A stretch of 64,000 bases of DNA from Patescibacteria group bacterium (GTDB taxonomy: Bacteria; Patescibacteriota; Patescibacteriia; SBBC01; CAIJZX01): contig JBBTRH010000005.1 in the NCBI GenBank assembly GCA_038065275.1, forward strand, positions 26,466 to 90,465, written 5' to 3'. Positions 38,042-46,524 of this stretch are shown piece after piece. The position numbers were made by a program, and so were the translations under genes. Within the stretch, counting starts at the first letter, position 1; each line of letters begins with the position of its first letter. The notes beneath the pieces were generated by a model, which searched no databases, had not been told where the DNA came from, and saw only the letters and a program-made list of their open reading frames with translations.

Positions 38042-38077
38042 TCAAAAACACACCGCGCAGGTTTCAAACCTGCGCTG
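38042..38077 (-). terminator. intrinsic terminator for 38121..38633 gene
   Basis: GCGCAGGTT-loop-AACCTGCGC followed by GUGUGUUUUUGAG on minus strand, 40 nt after stop. Confidence 0.55.
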
Positions 38078-38120
38078 TGGAAAATGTATAGAGGCTAGCG
38101 GTTGTCTAATGGGATTCATA

Positions 38121-38633
38121 TTATTCGGCCGGCTTCCAATGACCCTCGGGCAAATCGCGAACGTAGACCGATAATTGTTCAATATCACAGCTTCCGCTCA
38201 TTCGTTGCTGACGGATGTTCTCCCAAACCGATTTGAACTGGTCATTGGGAATATGACTGACGACTGTGACGTGGTAGATATGACTTTTCCCCGGCATGTA
38301 TCGTCCATTATCAAACGCTGTTAATTCCGGAAAATCCTGGTCGAGCGCTTGAGCTACACGACCCGCTTCCTCTTGCCCGGGATCAACCCAAATAACATGA
38401 GCACCGGGATTACGAAACGCTTGCCAATCCTGAAACGTGATGCGGAAGGGATAGCGCAATGAAGATAGGCGCTGTTGAAGCTTAGCCGGTAGCGCTCGTA
38501 ACGGCCGGACGATGGTGATGTGCGGCGGGAGTGCGTTGGTTGTCCACCGATCATACGTTTGTCGCAACTGCGCAAGTTCCGTTCGAAATGGTTCGGGTAG
38601 GACGGCGACGATGATAAACTCTTGGTTCATCAA
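38121..38633 (-). CDS. 2H phosphoesterase (LigT/ThpR-like 2'-5' RNA ligase family)
   Basis: two H-x-T/S-x motifs (PHITIV, YHVTVV), 170 aa. Confidence 0.65.
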   Translation of the reverse strand: MMNQEFIIVAVLPEPFRTELAQLRQTYDRWTTNALPPHITIVRPLRALPAKLQQRLSSLRYPFRITFQDWQAFRNPGAHVIWVDPGQEEAGRVAQALDQDFPELTAFDNGRYMPGKSHIYHVTVVSHIPNDQFKSVWENIRQQRMSGSCDIEQLSVYVRDLPEGHWKPAE

Positions 38634-38697
38634 AAAAAGTATACCACAACCGCGTAGCCGCGGGCTGGAAAGCCCGCGGCTCTACTTTTCTTAAGCT

Positions 38698-38719
38698 CTC
38701 CTCCTTTCGTAAGGAGGGG
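38698..38719. repeat. anti-SD/SD hairpin CCTCCTT-TCGT-AAGGAGG
   Basis: second perfect hairpin AGCCGCGGGCT-GGAA-AGCCCGCGGCT at 38655-38682. Confidence 0.55.
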
Positions 38720-38767
38720 TGACCCACAATCTCCAGCACCATGTTCCGCGGAACTTTAGTAACATTT

Positions 38768-39439
38768 CTAAAAGCTTTTCTTTGGTTTCCGAACTGACTG
38801 TAATCGTGACTTAATACCGCTTGATAAAGTTCGGATACTTCCCAGATATGAAGTCTCATTGAGGTGAACGACTTCCGTTCGACCTTCGGGATGAATATTC
38901 AGTATCGTCAATCCTCCGTTAGACATAGAGAAATCTTCTCGTTCCACATCGGCTCCTCCTTCGACCATCAATTCGAGTACGGAGTAAAGAAAAAACCCGT
39001 GACTGACTACGAGAATTGTTTCATGGTCAGGTCGCTCTTTCACTCGCGTTAACCAGGTAGCCGCTCGATGTTTGACGTCGCGTAAAGATTCACCACCCTC
39101 TGGCTTCCAATCCCGAAAACCAAGACCTGAAGATTTTTCGGCTTCTTCACGTTCGGCCACCGTCCGTGATGCGAACACCCCCGTGTCACGTTCGCGGATG
39201 TCCCGATCGACGAGACGCGCGGTTTGCGGGTGATGTTCTGCTATGATGTCTGCGGTCTCTTGCGCCCGAGGTAAATTACTACAATAAATTACATCGATAT
39301 GCTCGTCGCGCAATCGTTGGGCGACAGCCTTAGCTTGTAACCTTCCGGTATCATTGAGACCAATAGTACTTGCTACGCCAGGGGCATGTTTATTTTTATT
39401 TCTATCCGTTTCGCCGTGGCGCACTAAAATACATTTCAT
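38768..39439 (-). CDS. histidine phosphatase (phosphoglycerate-mutase-like) family protein
   Basis: LVRHGET RHG motif; ORF trimmed to MKCILVRHGETD. Confidence 0.7.
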   Translation of the reverse strand: MKCILVRHGETDRNKNKHAPGVASTIGLNDTGRLQAKAVAQRLRDEHIDVIYCSNLPRAQETADIIAEHHPQTARLVDRDIRERDTGVFASRTVAEREEAEKSSGLGFRDWKPEGGESLRDVKHRAATWLTRVKERPDHETILVVSHGFFLYSVLELMVEGGADVEREDFSMSNGGLTILNIHPEGRTEVVHLNETSYLGSIRTLSSGIKSRLQSVRKPKKSF

Positions 39440-39646
39440 GCTTGGAATGTACCACACTTGGATAATATTTGACACCACACACCGCGGGTTCAGCCCTCCT
39501 GCCCTGCCTGTCTCGAGCTTGTCGAGGGAAGGAGGGCGCGGGGTGGCGGGAGAAACCCGCGGTGTGTGGAATGATAAAAGCATGGGCAGGCCAGTGATTA
39601 GGCCTTCGCCTTGCCGCCGATGCCATTGTCTGGGAGCCAATCGAGG

Positions 39647-39701
39647 ATCAGATAGACGCGCGTCCGCGATCCGGCATCAGATAGACGCGCGTCCGCGATC
39701 C
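39647..39701. repeat. tandem duplication, 2 x 26 bp with 29-bp period (ATCAGATAGACGCGCGTCCGCGATCC)
   Basis: two identical copies forming the last ~17 codons of the GNAT gene. Confidence 0.7.
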
Positions 39702-40139
39702 TGCCTGCCGACGGACGCGTCCAGTCAGATGAAAACCGAATTTCTTCCCCAGGGCAATGGACCTTTTATTCCGGCGCCACACAAACATCCGAGCGCGTTT
39801 AATACCGAGCTTTTGTATCCGGACACGAAGTTGGGTGGCAATAGTAGTCCCGTATCCATGTCCCCAAAGATTGGGACGGCCAATCATGATTTGGATTTCG
39901 GCCGGATCATGTCCGCGGACAGTGACATGGCCGATGGGCTGTTTTCCCTCTATGACCATCCAGTGACGAGCGCGGCGACTATGTGCCAACTGCCCGAAAA
40001 GCCGGTGCACATCGGTGGCGGATAGTGGCCGGTGGTCTCCGCTCGTTAAGTGAATCAGCCGCGGGTCGCGCCACCATCGGGAGAAATAGCGTTCATCAGA
40101 CAACCGAACACGTCGTAATGACAGTGAGGTTCGCTTCAT
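39648..40139 (-). CDS. GNAT-family N-acetyltransferase
   Basis: R/Q-x-x-G-x-G/A-like block RGHDPAEIQIMIGRPNLWGHGYGTT, 163 aa. Confidence 0.7.
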   Translation of the reverse strand: MKRTSLSLRRVRLSDERYFSRWWRDPRLIHLTSGDHRPLSATDVHRLFGQLAHSRRARHWMVIEGKQPIGHVTVRGHDPAEIQIMIGRPNLWGHGYGTTIATQLRVRIQKLGIKRARMFVWRRNKRSIALGKKFGFHLTGRVRRQAGSRTRVYLMPDRGRASI

Positions 40140-40272
40140 GATTCAACTATATCAACACGGACACACCCCGGGAAAGGAACGTCTGGAAGAAAATGAAACG
40201 TCGGACTAATCATGCCTTGGCCCTATCCCCCACAATCGCCTCGGCTACGTTTTGGGGTGGACTGGAGATTCC

Positions 40273-40695
40273 TTATTCCTTCTTCTTTTCGAATGTGCGT
40301 TTGAGTTCGATTCTCTTGGCCGCGTGGTCGAAGGTAACCTTGAAAAACTCAAAGAATCCAATCTGCCCAACCACGCCATGTGCTTGGCTACCCATATCCG
40401 GCATGAATCCGGCTTCAGTTTTGAATCTCCACGAACCGCCGATAATCATGGTTACCGGATGAATGTAGTATGTCCGAACGTCACCAGTGATACCGGCCAC
40501 TTCGTGACGACGTCCGCCCGTGACATCAAAACCCATGATCTCGGCCAACTGCGCGTCGAAAATGTTACGGTCGGCTCCGGAATCAACCAGAACTTCATAC
40601 GACACTGTCACACCAGCCCGCTCGATTTCAACCGCAACCACCGGGCGATAGATACCCGGTCCGTAGTTCTTGTAGTCAAATTTTAGTTCGGCCAT
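40273..40695 (-). CDS. retropepsin-like (clan AA) aspartic protease
   Basis: LVDSGADRN catalytic D-S/T-G-A motif; 140 aa. Confidence 0.6.
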   Translation of the reverse strand: MAELKFDYKNYGPGIYRPVVAVEIERAGVTVSYEVLVDSGADRNIFDAQLAEIMGFDVTGGRRHEVAGITGDVRTYYIHPVTMIIGGSWRFKTEAGFMPDMGSQAHGVVGQIGFFEFFKVTFDHAAKRIELKRTFEKKKE

Positions 40696-40886
40696 CCCGA
40701 ACCGACGTACGTCACCAGGCGCTCAGGCATTCGGGCTAACACTGGTTTTTTGTGGCCCTTGCGCTGGGCTTCATCCCAAGCCTGCTTCGCGGTTTTGCCG
40801 CTGCCAACCACCGTTCGTTCATCTGACTTTAGGGCGACCCAAAGCCCCTGATAGCGCTTGTATATTTCGGACCAATCGATGGCCAT
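40683..40886 (-). CDS. small hypothetical protein (67 aa) overlapping the retropepsin-like gene
   Basis: 13-nt overlap with downstream gene, suggesting co-translation. Confidence 0.4.
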   Translation of the reverse strand: MAIDWSEIYKRYQGLWVALKSDERTVVGSGKTAKQAWDEAQRKGHKKPVLARMPERLVTYVGSGWPN

Positions 40887-40945
40887 AGTGTATCAAGATT
40901 ATCGCCAAACTCCCAACATGTCAAGGCCCTTTGAAGGAACCTGAG

Positions 40946-43024
40946 TTAGGCCTTAACCCTTTCACCGATGATGGCCTCGGCCACATTCCGCGGCACGGCT
41001 TGGTAGTAGGCGAACTCCATCGAGTATGAGGCGCGGCCTTGGGTCATTGAACGCAAGGAGGTGGCGTAGCCGAACATTTCGCCCAAGGGCACGTGGGCGT
41101 CGACCACTTTGGCCAGCCCGCGGTTGGTCATGGCGTTGATCACCGCGCGTTTGCTGTTCAGGTCGCCGATGACGTCGCCCATGTTCGCTTCCGGCGTGAT
41201 GACCTCGACCTTCATGATCGGCTCGAGCAGGACGGGCTTGGCCCGGCGGGCGGCTTCTTTGAAACCGATGGAGCCGGCGACTTTGAAAGCCGCTTCGCTC
41301 GAATCGACTTCGTGGTACGACCCGTCAAAGACCGTGGCCTTGATATCAACCATCGGGTAGCCGGCCACTACGCCGCTGTCCATCGCCTCTTTTATGCCTT
41401 TATTGATCGGGGTGATAAACTCGCGCGGGATGACGCCGCCCTTGACTTCGTCGATGAATTCGTAGCCTTGGCCCGGCTCGTTCGGCTCGACGCGGATCCA
41501 GCAGTGGCCGTACTGACCGCGGCCGCCGGACTGCTTGATGTACTTGCCTTCGCCCTCGGCGGTGTGGGTGATCGTTTCGCGGTAGGCGACGCGCGGCCGG
41601 CCGACGTTGGCTTCGACTTTAAACTCGCGCTTCATCCGGTCGACGATGATTTCGAGGTGGAGCTCGCCCATGCCGGAGATGATGGTCTGGGCGGTTTCTT
41701 CGTCGGAGCGGACGCGGAAAGTCGGGTCTTCCTCGGCCAAGCGTGACAACGCGATACCCATTTTCTCCTGGTCTTGCTTCGTTTTCGGCTCGATCGCGAT
41801 GTCGATCACCGGTTCGGGGAAGACGATGTTCTCCAGCTTGATTGGGTGGTCGGGGTCGCACAGCGAATCGCCGGTAACCGTCCCTTTCAGGCCGACCGCG
41901 GCCGCAATTTCTCCGGCGAACACTTCGTCGACGTCCTCGCGGTGGTTGGCATGGAGCCGAACGATGCGGCCGATTCGTTCTTTGTCGCCGGTCGTGGTGT
42001 TGAGCACATAGGAACCGGCGGCTAAATGTCCGGCGTAGACGCGGAAGAAGACTAGCTTGCCGACGAACGGGTCGGTGGCGATTTTGAAGGCCAAGGCGGT
42101 AAACGGCGCGTCATCGCTGGCCGGACGCGTTATCTCGGCCGCGGTGGTTGGATCAATACCGGTCACCGGCGGAATGTCCAGCGGCGAGGGCAGGAAATCA
42201 TTGACCGCGTCGAGCAGGAACTGGACGCCTTTGTTTTTGAGCGCCGAGCCGCACAGCACCGGCACGAGCTTGTTGGCAACGACCGCTTTGCGCAACGCGG
42301 CTTTCAGTTCGGGAATCGTCGGCTCGGTGCCGCCGAGATATTTTTCCAACAACACGTCGTCGGTTTCACTAATCGCTTCGATAAGTTTGTGACGGTACTC
42401 TTCGACCCGATCCTTCATGTCGGCCGGGACGTCGACGTGTTCCCACTCCTTGCCCAGGTCATCTTTGTAGATCTCCGCTTTGCGCTCGAACAGGTCGATA
42501 ATGCCGGTGAATGTCTCGGCCGCGCCGATCGGCAGTTGAACCGGGTGCGCGTTGGTGGTCAGCCGCTCGTAGATGGATTTGATGTCGAAATAAAAGTCGG
42601 CGCCGATCCGGTCCATTTTGTTGATGAAACAAATGCGCGGGACGCGATACTTCTCGGCTTGGTGCCAGACGGTTTCCGACTGCGGCTCAACGCCGGCCAC
42701 TCCGTCGAATACGACCACCCCGCCGTCAAGCACGCGCAAGCTACGTTGGACTTCAACGGTGAAGTCGATGTGACCGGGAGTATCGATGATGTTGATGCGA
42801 TGGTCTTTCCAGAAGCAGGTCGTCGCCGCGGCGGTAATGGTGATGCCGCGTTCTTTTTCCTGCTCCATCCAGTCCATTTCCGCCGCGCCTTCGTGAACTT
42901 CGCCAATTTTATGTTTTTTACCCGTGTAGAATAAAATGCGTTCCGATACCGTGGTTTTCCCGGCATCGATATGCGCAATAATGCCTATGTTGCGCGTTTG
43001 TTCTAGAGAATATTCGCGGGGCAT
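40946..43024 (-). CDS. fusA: elongation factor G
   Basis: [18 protein letters not shown]; 692 aa. Confidence 0.95.
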   Translation of the reverse strand: MPREYSLEQTRNIGIIAHIDAGKTTVSERILFYTGKKHKIGEVHEGAAEMDWMEQEKERGITITAAATTCFWKDHRINIIDTPGHIDFTVEVQRSLRVLDGGVVVFDGVAGVEPQSETVWHQAEKYRVPRICFINKMDRIGADFYFDIKSIYERLTTNAHPVQLPIGAAETFTGIIDLFERKAEIYKDDLGKEWEHVDVPADMKDRVEEYRHKLIEAISETDDVLLEKYLGGTEPTIPELKAALRKAVVANKLVPVLCGSALKNKGVQFLLDAVNDFLPSPLDIPPVTGIDPTTAAEITRPASDDAPFTALAFKIATDPFVGKLVFFRVYAGHLAAGSYVLNTTTGDKERIGRIVRLHANHREDVDEVFAGEIAAAVGLKGTVTGDSLCDPDHPIKLENIVFPEPVIDIAIEPKTKQDQEKMGIALSRLAEEDPTFRVRSDEETAQTIISGMGELHLEIIVDRMKREFKVEANVGRPRVAYRETITHTAEGEGKYIKQSGGRGQYGHCWIRVEPNEPGQGYEFIDEVKGGVIPREFITPINKGIKEAMDSGVVAGYPMVDIKATVFDGSYHEVDSSEAAFKVAGSIGFKEAARRAKPVLLEPIMKVEVITPEANMGDVIGDLNSKRAVINAMTNRGLAKVVDAHVPLGEMFGYATSLRSMTQGRASYSMEFAYYQAVPRNVAEAIIGERVKA

Positions 43025-43035
43025 AAAATTACTAT

Positions 43036-43929
43036 TTACCAGGGCACCGGAGCGGGACGACTGGTGTTGGGCTTTTTCACAAAATCAATCAGTTGCGGCA
43101 GGGAAAATTTCGTTGGTTGATGCCCGCTTGATGGATCGACGTTCGAGGTTAAAATCTTTTTACTCTGGTGCAAGTACCACGATCCCGGTTCAAGGGCATT
43201 GAGTTTCTTGGACAGGTCGGTCAGGTCGACTTGGCTGTTCGCCGGCGCGCGGTAATCGCCGAAGGCTTTGGTCGGGTCGGTCTGGACGCGGAGAATAAAG
43301 TGATGATGATAGGCCATCGCGTCGGAGCCGCGGAAACTGCTGTGCACGGCCACCGCCTTTCCCCACTGCGTTTTAAACTCAATGCGCTTATCCCAATCGA
43401 GAAGGAACTTCGCGCGTTCATCGAGTTGCGCCGCGACCGCGGCGATAATCTCTAAACCTTTCTGCATTAGTACTTGGTCGTCTTGATGTACCATCCAGAT
43501 GCCTCGCAGGATGGCCGGGATGGAGAAACTGGTGTAGTTCGGATCGGTGATTTCCCACTGTCCGGTGTCTTCTTTGTGGGCGTAGTCGACCAGCCACTCA
43601 ATGGCTTTATCCTCGAAGCGATCGTTGGGAATCAAACCACGATGCAACAAGTCCTGGTACACCAATTGACAACAGGAATGGCCGACTTGTAGACGATGCT
43701 CGTCAAATTTTCCCCGGCCGACGCCGATGGCAACGTACTGCTCACCGGTCGGGACATTACTGCCGTCAGTCGTGTAGCCGACAAATTGAAAGGCGGCGTC
43801 TTTAAGCGCCGGATCGAACGTGGTCAGCAACCAAGCGGCCACGACTTCGTCGAGGTGGGGTTTGCGGTGGGTGACGATAGTTAGCCTGGGCGGCTGTCGG
43901 TTGGGGTTGTCCATGGCCGAATCGTTCAT
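43036..43929 (-). CDS. hypothetical protein, possibly MYG1/UPF0160-like metal-dependent hydrolase
   Basis: N-terminal [19 protein letters not shown] resembles the THxGxFHxDE block of MYG1 family; weak recall-based. Confidence 0.35.
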   Translation of the reverse strand: MNDSAMDNPNRQPPRLTIVTHRKPHLDEVVAAWLLTTFDPALKDAAFQFVGYTTDGSNVPTGEQYVAIGVGRGKFDEHRLQVGHSCCQLVYQDLLHRGLIPNDRFEDKAIEWLVDYAHKEDTGQWEITDPNYTSFSIPAILRGIWMVHQDDQVLMQKGLEIIAAVAAQLDERAKFLLDWDKRIEFKTQWGKAVAVHSSFRGSDAMAYHHHFILRVQTDPTKAFGDYRAPANSQVDLTDLSKKLNALEPGSWYLHQSKKILTSNVDPSSGHQPTKFSLPQLIDFVKKPNTSRPAPVPW

Positions 43930-43938
43930 GTCCTGGCG

Positions 43939-44688
43939 CTATCCCGCCTGGCCATGAGTGTATAGTTCGACCAGGTCGGCCAGCGGCTTGATCCGGCCGC
44001 GGAGCTTGGACGCTCGCGTGACCAGTTTTTTCCACGTTTCCAACGAAGCTTGGCGAGGGTCACGTTGCAGTTCTTCGACCGGAACGTCCTCAAGCAATCG
44101 GTCGTAGTCCTGTCGGATGGAGACATGGATTGTCGCCAGCGTCGTCCGCGTAATACTGGCCGGGAGCGGATCGATTTTTACCCACAGATGCGATATTTCA
44201 CTTTCCGTGTCGGACAACTGGTTAAAAAATACCCGGGCCAGCTCTTGCCGCAGATCGTCGTGTTCGCGCAGTAAATTTTCTTTCTCATTAGTTACAGACT
44301 GCCGGGCGCCGTTTTCAACTGCGGTTTCTAACATCGCCTCAATTTTACCGGCTAACGTTTCCTGATCGCGTTGGATTTGGCCGATTTTTCCCGCCACCAC
44401 CGCAATTTCCTTTTCGAACTCCGCCCATTCCTCAGGCGATGCATGGTCTTGTTGGGTTAATAGTTCGCCATACTTGTCAAGCAACGGATCAAGCTCCGCC
44501 ATTTGCGAATTAACTGCCCGGAGTCGTTTTAACTCTTGTTCTGCCTCGGTCATGATCGATAAAGCCTCCCGGACATTCGGTTCGAGGTCCATCAGATGAG
44601 TTTCTCGCTCTTCGGTTCTGGTGCGGTCTTGTTCCTGTTCAGGAATTCCTTCTCGTGCGACCATATTACGCGAAGTGGGCGAAGGCAC
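43939..44688 (-). CDS. coiled-coil hypothetical protein (true start likely internal)
   Basis: E/Q/L-rich heptad-like sequence; first ~9 codons are a duplicated copy of the rpsG 3' end. Confidence 0.4.
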   Translation of the reverse strand: MPSPTSRNMVAREGIPEQEQDRTRTEERETHLMDLEPNVREALSIMTEAEQELKRLRAVNSQMAELDPLLDKYGELLTQQDHASPEEWAEFEKEIAVVAGKIGQIQRDQETLAGKIEAMLETAVENGARQSVTNEKENLLREHDDLRQELARVFFNQLSDTESEISHLWVKIDPLPASITRTTLATIHVSIRQDYDRLLEDVPVEELQRDPRQASLETWKKLVTRASKLRGRIKPLADLVELYTHGQAG

Positions 44689-44757
44689 GGCTGGCCTGCC
44701 GAAGCCGGCATGGTACTCTGTCCGCGGAAATAACGATTGTCTGTCGACCGGTCATAT

Positions 44758-45222
44758 TTATGCGAAGTGGGCGAAGGCACGGTTGGCCTCGGCCATGCGA
44801 TGAACGTCCTGCTTTTTCTTGATCGCGTCGCCCTGGTTGGTCGAGGCCAGGACCAGTTCTTCGGCCAGCTTGACGGCCATCGGACGGCCCTTTTTTGAGC
44901 GGGCGGCGTTGATGATCCAGCGGAAGGCCAAGGCTTGGCGGCGCTTCGGCGTGACTTCAATCGGCACTTGGTAGTTCGAACCGCCGACGCGCCGGGACTT
45001 GACTTCGACGATCGGGGCCACGTTTTTGACCGCCGCTTCGAAAATGCCGAGCGGCGCTTGTTTGGTCTGCTCGGCAACCTTGGTCAGGCCGGCGTAGACG
45101 ACCTTGCGGGCCACCGACTTCTTGCCCCGGGTCATGACGTTATTGATAAATTTCGCCAATAATACCGAATCGTACCTCGGGTCGGGAAGAATTTCTCGGG
45201 TCGGTGCTTGTTTACCGCGCAT
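44758..45222 (-). CDS. rpsG: ribosomal protein S7
   Basis: family match. Confidence 0.9.
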   Translation of the reverse strand: MRGKQAPTREILPDPRYDSVLLAKFINNVMTRGKKSVARKVVYAGLTKVAEQTKQAPLGIFEAAVKNVAPIVEVKSRRVGGSNYQVPIEVTPKRRQALAFRWIINAARSKKGRPMAVKLAEELVLASTNQGDAIKKKQDVHRMAEANRAFAHFA

Positions 45223-45256
45223 GAAGATTTAGGATTTAGGGATTAGGATTTAAGAG

Positions 45257-45685
45257 CTAGGATTTTTTCTCGCTCGGGCGCTTGGCGCCGTAGATCGATC
45301 GGCTTTGCCGTCGGTCTTGGACGCCTTGGGTGTCGTAGACGCCGCGGACGATGTGGTACCGAACGCCGGGCAGGTCTTTAACGCGGCCGCCGCGGATTAA
45401 TACAATCGAGTGTTCCTGAAGGTTGTGGCCGACGCCCGGGATGTAGGCGGTTACTTCCTGGCCGTTCGACAGCCGGACGCGAGCGATTTTCCGTAAGGCC
45501 GAGTTCGGTTTCTTGGGGGTGGTGGTCGTGACTTTGACGCAGACGCCGCGCTTGAACGGACTGCCTTTCGGCAGGTAGGTCCGGCGACGCCGGACAGCGT
45601 TCATGATCGACTCTAGCGCCGGCGTCTTCAACTTTTTCGGCGTGACCTGGCGGCCGCGGCGGACGAGTTGGCTGATGGTGGGCAT
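45257..45685 (-). CDS. rpsL: ribosomal protein S12
   Basis: [23 protein letters not shown]. Confidence 0.95.
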   Translation of the reverse strand: MPTISQLVRRGRQVTPKKLKTPALESIMNAVRRRRTYLPKGSPFKRGVCVKVTTTTPKKPNSALRKIARVRLSNGQEVTAYIPGVGHNLQEHSIVLIRGGRVKDLPGVRYHIVRGVYDTQGVQDRRQSRSIYGAKRPSEKKS

Positions 45686-45847
45686 AATGATGCGAAGCGG
45701 ATGAGATTCTAACGGTTCTGGCGAACCGTGTCAATGGCGAGGAGTATTATCAAAAGCCGCTACTGGAGCGACGATAAAACGAATAAAACCTCAATCACTA
45801 TACCATCACCCCCGTCGATCCGTCAAACATTTAACAGCCGCCCACCC

Positions 45848-46483
45848 CTACAGGAGAGCGCCGAGGCCGACCGCTCGCAAGACAAGTGATATTCCGCCGA
45901 CGATGTAGGCGCTCAACAATCCCCCGCCCAATACCAACAGGAACAAGAGCAGGAACATTCCGTACTGACGCAAGGTCCGCACCAGCGGGTTTTCCGGTCC
46001 CAACCAAGCCTCCAAGATATGTGAGCCGTCGAGCGGCGAAATGGGGATGAGGTTAAACACCGCTAAGGCGGCATTGAGCATGACCAGGGTCTGCAAGAAC
46101 AGCAGCAGCAGATTGCCCTTCGGCAGTCCCGCGCCAGCGTAGAGCAGAAAATAACCGGCGGCCGTGGCAATAATCAGGTTGGAAATCGGGCCGGCGATGG
46201 CCACTAACAGCGGCCCCCAGCGGCGGCTCCGTAGATTATACGGATTATACGGCGCCGGCCGGCCCCAACCGATGCCGGCTACCACGATGGCAATCGTCCC
46301 CCACGGGTCGAGGTGCCGGAGCGGATTAAGCGTCAGTCGTCCCAGCGCCTTGCCCGTCTGATCGCCTTGGAGGTAGGCACTCAAGACATGGGAAAATTCG
46401 TGGACGCCGATCGACACCGCCAGGGCGATGAAGCCGACGATGAAAGCCGGCGGATTAGAGAACAGGGTGCTGAGGGTGAACAT
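45848..46483 (-). CDS. site-2 protease family (M50) zinc metalloprotease
   Basis: HEFSH HExxH in TM helix, [10 protein letters not shown]. Confidence 0.75.
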   Translation of the reverse strand: MFTLSTLFSNPPAFIVGFIALAVSIGVHEFSHVLSAYLQGDQTGKALGRLTLNPLRHLDPWGTIAIVVAGIGWGRPAPYNPYNLRSRRWGPLLVAIAGPISNLIIATAAGYFLLYAGAGLPKGNLLLLFLQTLVMLNAALAVFNLIPISPLDGSHILEAWLGPENPLVRTLRQYGMFLLLFLLVLGGGLLSAYIVGGISLVLRAVGLGALL

Positions 46484-46524
46484 GAGATGAATATTGCTTA
46501 GTTTAATCTAATATCGCGTGTATG

